This document shows positions 11,905 to 25,600 of a DNA stretch of 64,000 bases, one piece after another. Source of the DNA: Rhizodiscina lignyota. Lineage: Eukaryota. Where the stretch lies: the NCBI GenBank assembly GCA_010015805.1, contig ML978126.1, positions 496,001 through 560,000 of the forward strand. Direction: 5' to 3'. A program made the position numbers and the translations under genes. Positions within the stretch are counted from its first letter, which is position 1, and the number at the start of each line of letters is the position of its first letter. The notes under the pieces were generated by a model. The model ran no database searches. It worked only from the letters and a program-made list of their open reading frames with translations, and was not told the DNA's origin.

Positions 11905-13182
11905 TTACAGGAACAGAGCACCGCCACCGATGATACCAATGACAGAGAGCAGCGCAGCACCCCATGCCATCGACGTCGGGGTAACAGAGGCAGCCGCATT
12001 TGGACCGGGAGTGTATTCCGCAGGGGCACTCTCCGTTGGGCAGTCATGGCAGGCCTCCGTCGACGTAGCCGTCTCCTCACACTCATCGCAAGACTCTGTA
12101 GCCGTCGCCGTCTCCTCGCATTCATCACAAGACTCTGTGCTCGTCGGCATTGGAGTCGTCTTCTCGCATTCATCACAGGACTCCGTAGCCGTCGCCGTGG
12201 ACGTCTCCTCGCATTCGTCACAATGCTCTGTAGTCGTCGGCATCGAAGTCGTCTTCTCGCACTCGTGGCACGTCTCAGTGATGGTGTTCGTGTCGGTCTC
12301 GGTGGGCGGTCCAGGCTTCCAAGTAGGGGCAGTGGAAGTGCACGGGACGGTGAGCGTTTCTGAAGTTGGCGAGCTATGGTGGCACACGGTGCAGACCGTG
12401 ACGGTCGTCGTGAAGCCAGGCGGGATGTAGTTCGAGGTATGGCTCCAGGTTGGCGTTGCGCCGGTGCAGCTCTCGGTGACGGTGTACGTCTTCGAGGTGT
12501 AGCCGGTGGAGCAGATGTCGACAAAGACGGTCGTGTACACTGTGGTGTGGACCGCTGTAGGACCCCAGCCGCCGCCATTGGAATGGGGTGGTGGTGGTGG
12601 GCGTCGAGAATTCGGCGCTACGCTCGTCTGCATGCCAGTGCACGCTGGGCATGTCGTGATGGTAACTGCTGCCGTCACCGTATCAGTGACTGGTTCCATA
12701 TCTGAACACGATGTGTAGATATCCATCGTGGTCGTGCTGGGGGGCGGACCTGGTGGTGGTGGGCCTGGCGGGCCCGGCGGACCTCCCGGCGGGCCTGGAG
12801 GACCTGGAGGACCAGGCGGGCCTGGAAAGCCTGGGGGGCCTGGATAACCCGGCTGGCCTGGCAGACCTGACGCACCTGGCGGGCCTGGTGGTCCTCCTGG
12901 ACCTGGCGGGCCCGGATAACCTGGCTGGCCTGGCAGACCTGATGCACCTGGCGGGCCCGGTGGTCCTCCTGGACCTGTCGGTCCTGGGGGGCCGGGGGGA
13001 CCATCAGGTCCTGGAGGACCCGGGGGGCCTGGTGGCGGCGGCGGGTTGCCCCCCGGTGGTGGGGGAGGCGGACCTCCTGGCGGTGGGTTACCTGGGGGCG
13101 GCGGTGGAGGGCCAACAGCTATCTGTGCCATTGCTCCACCAGCCAGCGCAAGAAGCGCCACAAAGGAGGCTCCGGTACGCAT
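11905..13182 (-). CDS. Secreted, probably GPI-anchored collagen-like cell-surface protein
   Basis: Signal peptide ([19 protein letters not shown]), 27 uninterrupted Gly-X-Y triplets, Thr/Cys-rich stalk with CxxC repeats, hydrophobic C-terminus ([19 protein letters not shown]). Intronless. Confidence 0.85.
   Translation of the reverse strand: MRTGASFVALLALAGGAMAQIAVGPPPPPPGNPPPGGPPPPPPGGNPPPPPGPPGPPGPDGPPGPPGPTGPGGPPGPPGASGLPGQPGYPGPPGPGGPPGPPGASGLPGQPGYPGPPGFPGPPGPPGPPGPPGGPPGPPGPPPPGPPPSTTTMDIYTSCSDMEPVTDTVTAAVTITTCPACTGMQTSVAPNSRRPPPPPHSNGGGWGPTAVHTTVYTTVFVDICSTGYTSKTYTVTESCTGATPTWSHTSNYIPPGFTTTVTVCTVCHHSSPTSETLTVPCTSTAPTWKPGPPTETDTNTITETCHECEKTTSMPTTTEHCDECEETSTATATESCDECEKTTPMPTSTESCDECEETATATESCDECEETATSTEACHDCPTESAPAEYTPGPNAAASVTPTSMAWGAALLSVIGIIGGGALFL
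12040..12279. repeat. Degenerate 42-48-nt coding repeats ([13 protein letters not shown])
   Basis: Six units: CHEC, CDEC x4, CHDC, separated by Thr-rich spacers. Confidence 0.8.
12842..12977. repeat. 72-nt tandem duplication inside the collagen domain
   Basis: GGATAACC(C/T)GGCTGGCCTGGCAGACCTGA... recurs at 12842 and 12914; encodes [24 protein letters not shown] twice. Confidence 0.85.
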
Positions 13183-14049
13183 TTTGAGAGAACAAGAACG
13201 AGAGTATTATGATTAATTGATTAGATGGTGTAGTCAGAGATAGAAAAAAAAGCGAGTGAATAACTCCTCGAACTTGACTGCCAAAAGAGTGAGGCGATCA
13301 GTTGCGAAACACAGCTTGGTTTGCAAACGCACATATATGGGCGTGCGAAAGCTTTAAGGCCGATTTTTGTAGTCCAAATTAAAAATGCTGCGTTGTTTTG
13401 TTCTTGACGTTTAGGGATATAGGAATGCGTTCGGGTAATTTGTTGTCATTCCACGCTTGTAAACACCAGAACAAAACAAACGAAATAGGCAATTCATTGC
13501 CGAAATGGAACATGACCTGACGGATGCAGAGAAATATAAAGAAAGCAAAAAAAAAAACTCCGCTTCGAGCGCGATTTCGAAATCTCAGGTAGATGAGTAG
13601 CGGTCGCGTGGATTGAGCTTTCTGATACTGGAAACGTAGACCAGAGTGTGCGTTTGCTACGCTCTAGCCGTGATGCACGCGCATTAAACAGATCACTCCT
13701 GAATGCTTGGCAGCGACGGTGATGATTTTGCTACGATTAGTCGGATCTCGACCCACAACTTCATTCCCGGCGATCAATGGAAACCTCTAGCCCGAGCAAC
13801 GGCAGTCCCCTTTGTGTCTCACTGGAGAACGTGCTTGCCATTCATTCGTCCATGCTGGCAAACACGATACGTCAAGATGATGAAGTTTTCTTTTGCAAAT
13901 CCAACCCTATCTACCCTTTTTCGAGTCAGCTCAAAGGTTGAAGACGTTACCGATATATCATTTTGTCCCAGTGAGGTTCGTGAATTCATAAGAAGCACCC
14001 TGAGAGATTATGGCCTTATTAACCACTGGCGGTCAATCCCACGCCATGT

Positions 14050-15846
<1,797 letters not shown>

Positions 15847-16423
15847 TCAGGTGAAAAAGGCGGGAAGAGCTTTTGTTTTCCCAACAGCCCTCAGCCCTTT
15901 TCGGGCCCTTCGGACTACGGACAATTCGTACACGTACCCGTAGAGATCAATTGGGAGTGAAAATCATGAGGTGCTGGGGCGAACGTGCAATTTATGACTT
16001 ACCTGCTTGACTCGAGACCCGGTCGGCGAAGATGCAAACAAACAGATGCTTCCCGTCTCCGTCAAATTTTCGTTGCGTCAGAAGCTCTGGTGTGAGCTGA
16101 GCTCTGAGCTGGTGGGATGCGAGGGGAGGCTAGCGCTAGTCGCGGGGTCCCTTGGTCGATTCGGCAGAGCCTGGGCAAAACTCCGGCCATATCGGCGCCA
16201 TCTCGGCTGCTCTGTATGCTAAGGCTCTCAGGCGCTCTCGTATGGCGCGTTTTGTGGAGCTTCCACGCTCTTCGACGTGTGATAGCTTCAATACTGCACA
16301 TCTGCGCAACTCCACTCCTGTGTCTCCCAATACCTCTTGACGCCTTTGCCGACACTACGCAAGGCTCTTCTCCCACCAACCATACCGAATAACCCATAAC
16401 CATCCTTTCCGAACACCGCAGAC

Positions 16424-17716
16424 ATGAGTGGCACTGCCGACCCGGAGCGAGACAACGCGCTTGAGGAGTTCAAGAACAAGCTCCTGGAGTCAAGAGAATG
16501 GGAGAGCAAGCTCAAGGCTCTCCGACTGGACATAAAGGAGCTTCAGCATGAGTTTGATGTTTCAGAAGACAACATCAAGGCGTTACAAAGTGTCGGACAG
16601 ATCATCGGTGAAGTGCTAAAACAGCTTGACGACGAGAGATGTAAGTTTTGCAGTCACCTTCATTATCTATAGCTTAAGCAGTGCTGACTTGCGCATAGTT
16701 ATTGTCAAGGCTTCATCTGGACCGAGATATGTCGTAGGATGCAGATCCAAAGTCGACAAAGCGAAGCTCAAGCAGGGGACAAGAGTGGCACTGGATATGA
16801 CGACCCTCACGATAATGCGCATGCTCCCTCGAGAAGTCGATCCCCTTGTCTACAACATGTCCCTTGAGGACCCCGGTCAGGTCAGCTTTGGAGGTATCGG
16901 TGGTCTGAACGAACAGATAAGAGAGTTGCGAGAGGTTATCGAGTTGCCGCTGAAGAACCCAGAGCTCTTCCTGCGGGTTGGCATCAAGCCGCCCAAGGGC
17001 GTATTGCTCTACGGACCACCAGGCACAGGAAAAACACTTCTGGCAAGAGCGGTGGCGAGCAGTCTCGAAACGAATTTCCTCAAGGTTGTCTCCTCCGCCA
17101 TCGTCGATAAGTACATCGGCGAGTCTGCGCGCTTGATTCGAGAGATGTTCGGATACGCGAAGGAACACGAGCCTTGTATCATCTTCATGGACGAAATCGA
17201 CGCCATCGGCGGTAGGAGGTTTTCAGAGGGCACATCGGCGGATAGAGAAATTCAGCGGACACTCATGGAACTTCTCAACCAACTCGACGGCTTCGACTAC
17301 CTAGGTAAGACAAAGATCATCATGGCGACAAATCGACCAGACACGTTAGATCCTGCGCTTCTTCGAGCGGGTAGATTGGACCGAAAGATCGAGATTCCTC
17401 TCCCGAACGAAGTTGGCCGGATGGAGGTTCTCAAGATCCATACTGCTGGCGTGGCAACTGACGGCGAAATCGACTTCGAGAGCATTGTCAAGATGAGCGA
17501 CCAGTTTAATGGTGCTGATCTGCGTAACGTTGTCACAGAAGCGTAAGTTATTTCCTATCCCAGTTTGTCATATTGAGATGCTAACTCGGTATTAGTGGTC
17601 TATTCGCGATCAAGGACTACAGGGACGCTATCACACAGGATGACTTCAACAAAGCTGTGAGGAAGATGGCAGAGTCGAAGAAGCTGGAAGGCAAGCTGGA
17701 ATACCAGAAGCTGTAA
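16424..17716 (+). CDS. RPT4: 26S proteasome AAA-ATPase subunit Rpt4 (2 introns)
   Basis: [22 protein letters not shown], Walker A GPPGTGKT, Walker B IFMDEID, C-terminal KLEYQKL*. Confidence 0.96.
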
Positions 17717-17843
17717 ATCGCAACACCTGATATTCACAACATTGCATCGGCGTTGACTATGGCATTGGCATCTATTCAATTCCGATAGATGCACGGCGGC
17801 TGTAATATAACATTGAATCGGTCGTGGGATCTCTACCACCGTA

Positions 17844-18862
17844 TTATCCGTGTTCTTCTGGGCAATACTTCCTCAGGTCGAGGATGCCCACCTGACTGTT
17901 AACCTTCTCCATCATTTTTGCAATCTGCTCATCACCAGACTGCCACTGAAGCTCCCACTCTCCGAAATAATTAGGCGCATCGGCAATCTTGTGGAATCCC
18001 AGCGTCTCAAACAGTCGGATGCTCTTCTCGTTGCTCGACCCAATCCTGACTCTCAGCATCTTGAACGCCAGTGATGCAGTTTCGTTCGTTTGATTGCTTT
18101 TGAACTCTTGGAGAATGCCGTGCGTGTAGATCAGCACATACCAGAGGAATGTCAGAAGGATAGTTCGCCCATAGCCTTTTGCATGGAGGTCCTTTCGGGC
18201 GACCATGATCTCTAATTCTCCGATGATGTGCGATGGATCGGACCCTTCAGTGTCGTCGTACGAGAGGAAGAGGTTAACGTCCCCTATCATGTTCTCATGG
18301 TCGACTTGTCCAATGTGTCTATCGGTGGAATTCGAGTTTGACGAAGGTAGACAAGCAATGAATGTTAGCTTATCCTTGTCTTCTCGCCAACTCCGCTGCA
18401 TCGCATATTCTTCTTCCAGAGTAAGAGGCTCAGAAGCAGTTGCTTCTCGTAATTCCTGGACATGATAAGTAGATATATTACTTTATGGACTTGACCGCGA
18501 TAAAATAGTTGGCTTCCAGACAAGTTGTAGCGCCTGAAGGCGAGGATCTCTTGTACCTTGTGATAATTGAGATCATCGCCGGAAGCTTCGTTGTATGCGA
18601 CTTGGACGCTGTACACCATACATGGAGCTGTTCAGGGTCTGAAGGCTGCAGCCAACTACATATATACGATATTTTGCCAACCCTTGCCATGGAATATGCA
18701 CGAACCTCATCTTGCATCCACTCATGGTATTTAGGCACATGATGCGTTTCATACGGTACCAAAAGAACTTTCTTCGTAATGATTGCTACACGCCGAGTTA
18801 GCGAATTGGTGGGAAGAATGGAAGGCGACAAAGAAAATACCCGTATGCTCATTGATCCTCAT
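17844..18862 (-). CDS. NAT9: GNAT N-acetyltransferase, NAT9 family (introns 18786..18840 and 18456..18705)
   Basis: Spliced product MRINEHTAIITKKVLLVPYETHHVPKYHEWMQDE-ELREATASEPLTLEEEYAMQRSWREDKDKLTFI...MIGDVNLFL...GELEIMVA...KGYG is typical of NAT9. Confidence 0.9.
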
Positions 18863-19302
18863 GGTTGCTTCGATGCCTCAAAGATCCGGGACCCCTACCG
18901 ACGAGCACTCTTTCGTTTCTGCTCCAGAAAGTCGCTTGGAATGCGAGATGTTATGCTTTGTTAGAAGTGTAAGAATTGCAGGGGACCGGATGCAAAATCC
19001 AGCCACTCACACCTCGGAAACCGCTCGCGTTTCGCAATCGATCCGAATCATGCGACATGGAACTGGAGACATCCGGGACTCCGGCCTCGAGTCTCTTCAC
19101 TGTTCGTCTACAACTATGCAAGCTTCTCAAATGTCATTTCGTCGTTCAATTCAATTCGTAGATATGTCAATGCTCCCTGTCGTTCTGCTGCTTAACTTGA
19201 AGATTCTCGCTTCGCGCCATTACACTCTCTAAAGCGATCCTTGCGCTAAAGCGCCTCAATCTCTCAGTCTCTTAGTTCCAGCTGGCGCGTACTCGTAATG
19301 CA

Positions 19303-20472
19303 ATGGCGGAAGAACATATTCTGGTAACAGGAGGAACAGGTTTCGTTGGCGGCCACATCCTCAATTCTCTCATTGAGCTACATCCAGAGTACAAAATCAC
19401 TGTTTTCGACCTACCAGCCAGTGGAACCTGGGTACCTCCCCGTGAAGACATAGCATACGTTCAAGGAGATATTAGGGAAATCAAAGATGTAACAAGAGCT
19501 GTCCGAGAGGCCCGGCCCACCGCAGTCATCCACGTAGCGGGCATTGTGCCTACTGGCAATGATCGCTACTCGCAGCGAAAGTACCTCAAAGAATGGGTCT
19601 TCAAGGTCAACGTTGAAGGGACCAAGAATATGCTCGAGGCAGCACGAAATGGAGGCGTAAGAGCGTTTGTGTTTACGGCTAGCATCACGATGGTTACAGA
19701 CGATAATGGCCACGATTATCCGAATTTCGATGAGACAATTGTTCCAACCCCAAGTTTGATATACGGCCAGTCGAAGGTCAGTTGCTACTGAGCTATTGGA
19801 GAAACAATCTCTGACCGAAGTTGCAAGGTCGCGGCTGAAGCACTGGTGCTTGAAGCCAATAGTCTGGAAATGGCAACCTGTTCTATCCGCCCCTCTGTCA
19901 TCTGTGGCCCTGGAGACTACCAACTCGTGAGCACCATCCAAAGGTGCATCGCCAAGTTCGAGACTCCCTGGATCATCGGTGATGGAGATGGACTCTACGA
20001 CTTCACGTACGTGACCAACGTTGCCGACGCGCACGTCTTGGCCGTGCACAATCTGCTCACCACGAAGACGGCCGCTGGTGAAGCATTCTTTATCACGAAC
20101 GGCCAGCCGATTCCATTCCGTGCATTCTGTCTCCAGATATGGGCGCACTTCGGTCATACCCCGCCGTTTGAGGTGCATATACCCAAGCCGATTGCATGGG
20201 TCGCCGCGTACTGTGCAGAGTGGGTGACTTACTTCAACGGTACCGAGGCGACGCTGAGTAGAGGGAGCGTTAAGGATTATTGTCAGCTGGCATATGCGAA
20301 CATTGACAAGGCGCGAAGAATTTTGGGATATGAACCGAGGGTCAGTCTCGATGTGGGACTGAAGACTAGTTGCGATGTAAGTGGCCTGCTGTAGATCAAA
20401 CAGTGATAGATTTCCACTAATATCCTCAAGGAATTACGAGAACGACTAAAAGCAAAGATGAAGGGGTTATGA
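19303..20472 (+). CDS. 3-beta-hydroxysteroid dehydrogenase / sterol-4-alpha-carboxylate 3-dehydrogenase (ERG26/NSDHL-like), 2 introns
   Basis: TGGTGFVG Rossmann motif, VNVEGT, YGQSK catalytic motif, RPSVICGPGD, DFTYVTNVADAH, GEAFFITN. Orthologue versus paralogue of ERG26 not resolved. Confidence 0.85.
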
Positions 20473-21382
20473 GGAGGTATATTTTCCTAACATCTTCGAG
20501 AATCGAAAGATGGGTAACGGGTTTTGGTGTATATGAGTGTTAATAGGGTTAGGGTTAGGGCTATAATTCGGAGCTTCTTAAGCTTCTGTAGATAACTCAG
20601 GACCGTGAAATAATTCATGCTACAGAGTATAATACTTTAAATTATTATAAATCTTACCGGAACGAGAGAAATGGATTCCCGCCCTCTCCAAAGTGGAGAC
20701 GCAAGTTGTGGCTACTCCAGCAAGCATCCCATGTCTGCTTTGATGATCACCAAGTTTCGTCTCATCTGTCACTTCGACAAAGCGCACTATGACAGATGTG
20801 ACATTGTCCCCTGGCTTCTCACCGTAAATGAAGAGACCAGGCTGATGGAAGGCTCTTTCATTCACACAATAGATAGTGGGCTGGCACGCGGCTGATAAAA
20901 TGGTTGGTCGCCAGCCAGGCTGTAGGTAACACCCAAGACCGAATAGCTCTTACACCTCACGGCAATCGATACTATCTCTGAGAGCTTAGTTGTATATTCT
21001 CCAGAGTGTCCTGAAAAATAGTAAGCCATTGAAAACCTTGTGCCTTGTGTTTTCCGTAGAGGCTATACACTAACGTCGTTCAGTGTGTTGCAAGGTGCGG
21101 CCAGCTTTTTTGTCACCCTCTTGGTTGGTCGCAAAGGGCGCATTGATAGAGTTTATGTACCTGATCTAACTTCTTTCGTTCGATCTAGCTACGCATGCAA
21201 CGCGGGCGCAGCAGGAGACCCCTGCCGCTGCTCCGTAAATCCTGCTCGCTTTATTTCACACCTCGCGGCAAGAATCAGACCATCCACCTTTTCGCCTCTT
21301 TGCCTTCTACTCGAGCACCATTGACCTCACAGGTCGCGCTGACGATGTCGCCTATGCGCTGAGCCAGTGTCCCCAGCAAATC

Positions 21383-23131
21383 ATGACGCATCACTTGACC
21401 GCGTCACTCACAGCCCCTTCAAGTTCACAGCTCAATGGCAATATCGTGACGAACGGCCAACGACGATTTTCCAACACCAGCAAGGCATCCAGCGATGGGA
21501 CTGACTTGTTGACACCTGCAACGTCAGTATCCGGAGAAACAGAGCATCATACCTATAGAGGCGACAACACACCGCGACAAAGGATGGACGGCGCACCCGT
21601 GTCCCCAGCAACGGCTGTTACTCGCGCCTGGAGCCCCCTTATGCCACCATTCATGGTTTCAGCGCCCGGAAAGGTCATCGTGTACGGCGAACATGCCGTA
21701 GTTCATGGGAAGGTGATGATTATGAGCTCACGGAATTAAGGCCTGTCTCTAACTATCTACCAGGCAGCGATAGCAGCGTCAGTCAACTTGCGCTCATACC
21801 TTCACGTAACCTTCCTTCACAAAACCGACCGCACCGTCAGCCTTCGTTTCCCTGATATATCCCTCGAACACACATGGAACATTGACGATCTCCCGTGGGC
21901 AGCTTTTGCCGCTCCAGCAAAGAAGAAGTATTACTACGACTTGGTCACCTCCCTCGATCCCGATCTCGTCGATGCGATAGAACCTCACGTCCTCTCTGTA
22001 TCTCCGAAAGTCCCAGAACACGTTCGTAAGATACACCAGTCGTCTGCGAAGGCTTTTCTCTATCTATTCCTATCACTCGGGTCACAGAGATCACCACCTT
22101 GTGTGTACACATTGCGCAGCACGATTCCAATTGGCGCAGGTCTAGGGTCTAGCGCAAGTATATCAACATGTCTGGCGTGCGCATTACTTCTTCAAATACG
22201 TGCGCTAAGCGGGCCGCATGACGATCAGCCATCTGAAGAATGCGCTCTCCAGGTTGAGCGCATCAATCGCTGGGCATTTGTTGGGGAATTGTGTATACAT
22301 GGCAATCCGTCTGGGGTGGATAATACCGTCTCATGTGGAGGCAAAGCAGCGCTGTTCCAGAGAAAGGACTACAGCAAGCCACCGTCTGTTCAACGACTAG
22401 GCGATTTTCCTCAATTACCGTTGTTGCTGGTCAACACAAAGCAGTCGCGAAGTACGGCAGTCGAAGTCGCGAAGGTGGGCACTCTCAAGAAGGCACATCC
22501 AAAAATTGCGGATCATATTCTCAGCGCCATCAACGATATTACCGAAAGCGTCCATGCGCTCATCTCGCAAGAAGGCTTCGATAAGGATGACCCGGAAAAT
22601 TTGAGACAGCTGGGCGAGTTGGCGGCCATCAATCATGGGTTGCTTGTCAGCCTTGGAGTATCGCACCCAAAATTGGAACGCATCCGAGCACTGATAGACC
22701 ATGCTGGACTGGGATGGACGAAACTCACCGGAGCTGGAGGAGGCGGGTGCGCAATTGTTATCCTGAAACCGCTCGAGGATATCAGAAACGGGCATCACGG
22801 ACCCGATGTCAAGGAACAAAACATCAAGTCCGCGGCCAAGAATCCAGCCCTCGTACAACTGGAAAGGCAGCTGGAGGCTGAAGGATTCGAGAAGTTTGAG
22901 ACGACCCTGGCTGGCGACGGAGTTGGAGTCCTGTGGCCTGCTGTCCTGCACAACGCTAGCGGTGAAGAAGGAGGGGAAGAGATTGACCAGGAGAAGTTCT
23001 TGAAGGCGGTCGGCAACGATGGCATCGAGAAGCTGGTGGGAGTAAACGCAAAGAGCGCCACCTCAAACATGAACGGTCTCAGCAACGGACACACCGAGTC
23101 TAGGGAAGGTTGGAAGTTCTGGAGGTTTTAG
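21383..23131 (+). CDS. ERG12: Mevalonate kinase (intron 21713..21763)
   Basis: SAPGKVIVYGEHAVVHGK, PIGAGLGSSAS (GHMP motif), HGNPSGVDN, KLTGAGGGGC. Start codon less certain (S/T-rich N-terminal extension). Confidence 0.93.
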
Positions 23132-23760
23132 GACGTGAGGTGCTGGTGAGGAGAGCCATGTAAAACCAATATCGGTATGTTTTTTCAGCGAAGATGTGCT
23201 AGTCGCATCTTTGCAGTGGGCCTTCTTTTTGGTTGTATTATAGTGATGCATCTGAGCGAGCGTTTCGTTCCAGCTGCGGATTCCAGCGCAACATCTGGAA
23301 TATTTAATACTTAATACTGGACATTGTGCTGCATTCCAGATCCAGGTTAGCTGCATGCCGATCAGTTGTGATTCCTCTGGTGAAGTGGCATATGAGAACC
23401 ACAGACGCTGCTTTAATGGCTCCTTGCCAACAGTCGATATTGCTCTTAGACATCGAATGGTGTGTATGGCTGCTTCAAGCAAAACGACGTAGTGGATGGA
23501 TCGGTGTAGTGCCCGGCTCGTGTTTGCCGGAATTGGCTCCATTATCCCTCTGACGTCTGGTCTCCACTTGGAAAAAGGCACTCCGCACCCTTTGACGTGC
23601 TCATCCTTATCCATAATGCCGTTGCACTCTTCAAAGATGCAATTCAACTTCCTTTCTCACAGTCATATCCCCAGAGTGACCCTTTTGCGGTTCCATCGCT
23701 GCTTCTGTCCCAAACATCAACGAGTCGCACCAGAGAGCCCAACATTGTAAGTAAGCCATA

Positions 23761-25600
23761 ATGGCGGCTGAAAGCAATACGGCAACAGAGCTGGGAACGA
23801 GGGAGAATGGTGTCTGGGAAGAAGCTTTCCCTCAGGCTGGCCAGGACTTCTCACTGCCTCCTGCGGATCGTGGAAGACAGGCATGGTCTTTCTTAGCAGT
23901 CTGCTTCATCTTAGAGGCCATGGTTTGGGGTGTGTATTAATATTTTCTGTGGACGGGCTATCTCTTATTTCCTCTTCCATCGTTTGAGCTGCTTCTGCTT
24001 CGTCTTCTTATGCTCCTTAGACAATTATCCTTATGTATCGATTGCACAAGTCTTACTTTGAACCAGGCTTCCCGTTCTCCTTTGGCGTGTTTGAAAAATA
24101 CTACGCCAGCCATGAGCCTTTCTCATCCTCGACCTCCAGCATCGCCACTATTGGTACAACAGCAACTGGCATCATGTATTTTTCAGCGCCTCTTGTCTTC
24201 TATGTCATGGACATATACCCTCATTGGGTTCGTAAGTTAAGCATGATTGGACTCGCAACCATCATCCTCGCCCTCGTGACGTCGTCTTTCGCAAACCAGG
24301 TCTGGCAACTCATTCTCACCCAAGGCGCGCTGTACGGCATAGGAGGAGCGCTGCACTATTTTCCGGCCATTATCTACGTCGACGAGTGGTTCATTCAGCG
24401 CAAAGCTCTTGCGTTCGGAATAATGTGGGCGGGCACGGGGAGCGCCGGCATCGTTGTACCTCTCATGATGGAATTGCTATTGTCAAAATGGGGATTTAGA
24501 AGTGCACTACGAACTTGGGCGATCTGCGTGGTAAGCCTTCGGACTACGCAGGAGCTAGTTTCCAGCGAGCGAGCAGTCTACGGAGCCGCCCTGTTAAGTC
24601 GCCTTTCAGCACTCCCAGGAAGCTTCCGCGTATGGCCGAGTGCACATTAAAGGCTATCAGGGAGTAGCTTGCCAGGCTTGACTTGGAAGGTTTGCTTCTC
24701 GTTGTACTGGAAAAGAGACACTGTTACAGGCCTCATACGCTCACGAGAAACTGGCTCTTCGTATTACTGTCTGCTAATAACTGTCGTAGGCTGTACTGTC
24801 GATACCGTCAATGCTTTACTTGAGAGGCCGACTCCCCGTCCAGCGACCTGGTACCGGCATGCGTCGAAAGCAAAACTACAGCTACTTCAAGACCAGCAGT
24901 TTCTGGTGTTTGCAAATTGGAAATATTTTTCAAGGCTTGGGGTATTTCATTCCAGGCATTTACTTACCAAGTATGACATGTGGTTCCTCCCTTACGTCTA
25001 GCAACTGACAAGCCAATCCAGCATACGCACGCGCCATTGGATTATCCAACCTTTCCGGAACTGTATCACTTTCCCTTCTCAACGCTGCGGCCGTAATAGG
25101 CACGATCGCATTGGGATGGTTCGTTGATAAATTTGGCGCCACAACAGGAATGCTGGTATCCGCCGGCGGAGCGTCTTGCGCCATCTTGTTGGTCTGGGGT
25201 CTCTCGCTGTATGTCAAAAGTATCGCTGGATTACTGCATGCTAATACACGACAGATCCTCTCCTCCTTTATACATCTTTGCGATTCTGTTTGGAGCCTTT
25301 GCCGGCGGGTTCTCAGCGACTTGGGCGGGTTGCGTTTCTCTCCTTCGTCAGAGAGTTGTTGAGACCGAAGGAGTTACTAGGATCGAGACGGGGATGGTGA
25401 TGGCCTTCTTCGCCGCTGGAAAAGGAATTGGAGCGGTATTGAGTGGCCCTCTCAGCGAGAAACTGTTAGCGATCGACGAGTGGAAAGGCCGTCTTGGCGC
25501 AGCCTACGGAACGGGTTATGGTGGTCTCATTGTTTGGAGTGGGGTGACGATGTTTTTGGGGTGTACAGGCTGGTTCGGTAGAAGAATAGGCATAGTGTGA
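23761..25600 (+). CDS. MFS transporter, monocarboxylate porter (Mch/MCT) family, 4 introns
   Basis: PPADRGRQAWSFL...VWGFPFSFGVF, LILTQGALYGIG, DEWFIQRKALAFGIMWAGTG, FQGLGYFIPGIYLP. Introns 23930..24066, 24531..24789, 24971..25021, 25209..25254 restore the frame. Confidence 0.9.
24545..24763. mobile_element. Putative non-autonomous MITE (Tc1/mariner-like, TA-flanked), copy 1, inside MFS intron 2
   Basis: Ends TACGCAGGAGCTAGTTTC...GAAACTGGCTCTTCGTA are imperfect inverted repeats. 219 bp; aligns end-to-end with the reverse complement of 26778..26996. Confidence 0.8.

Noticed and set aside
18456..18705. Intronic C/D snoRNA in the long introns (also 46661..46806)
   Set aside because: No properly ordered RUGAUGA...CUGA pair found.
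18444..20442. AGGAATTACGAGAA shared in inverted orientation at the last-exon starts of NAT9 and ERG26-like genes
   Set aside because: Both are AG acceptor + ELRE codons; no extension, most likely coincidence.
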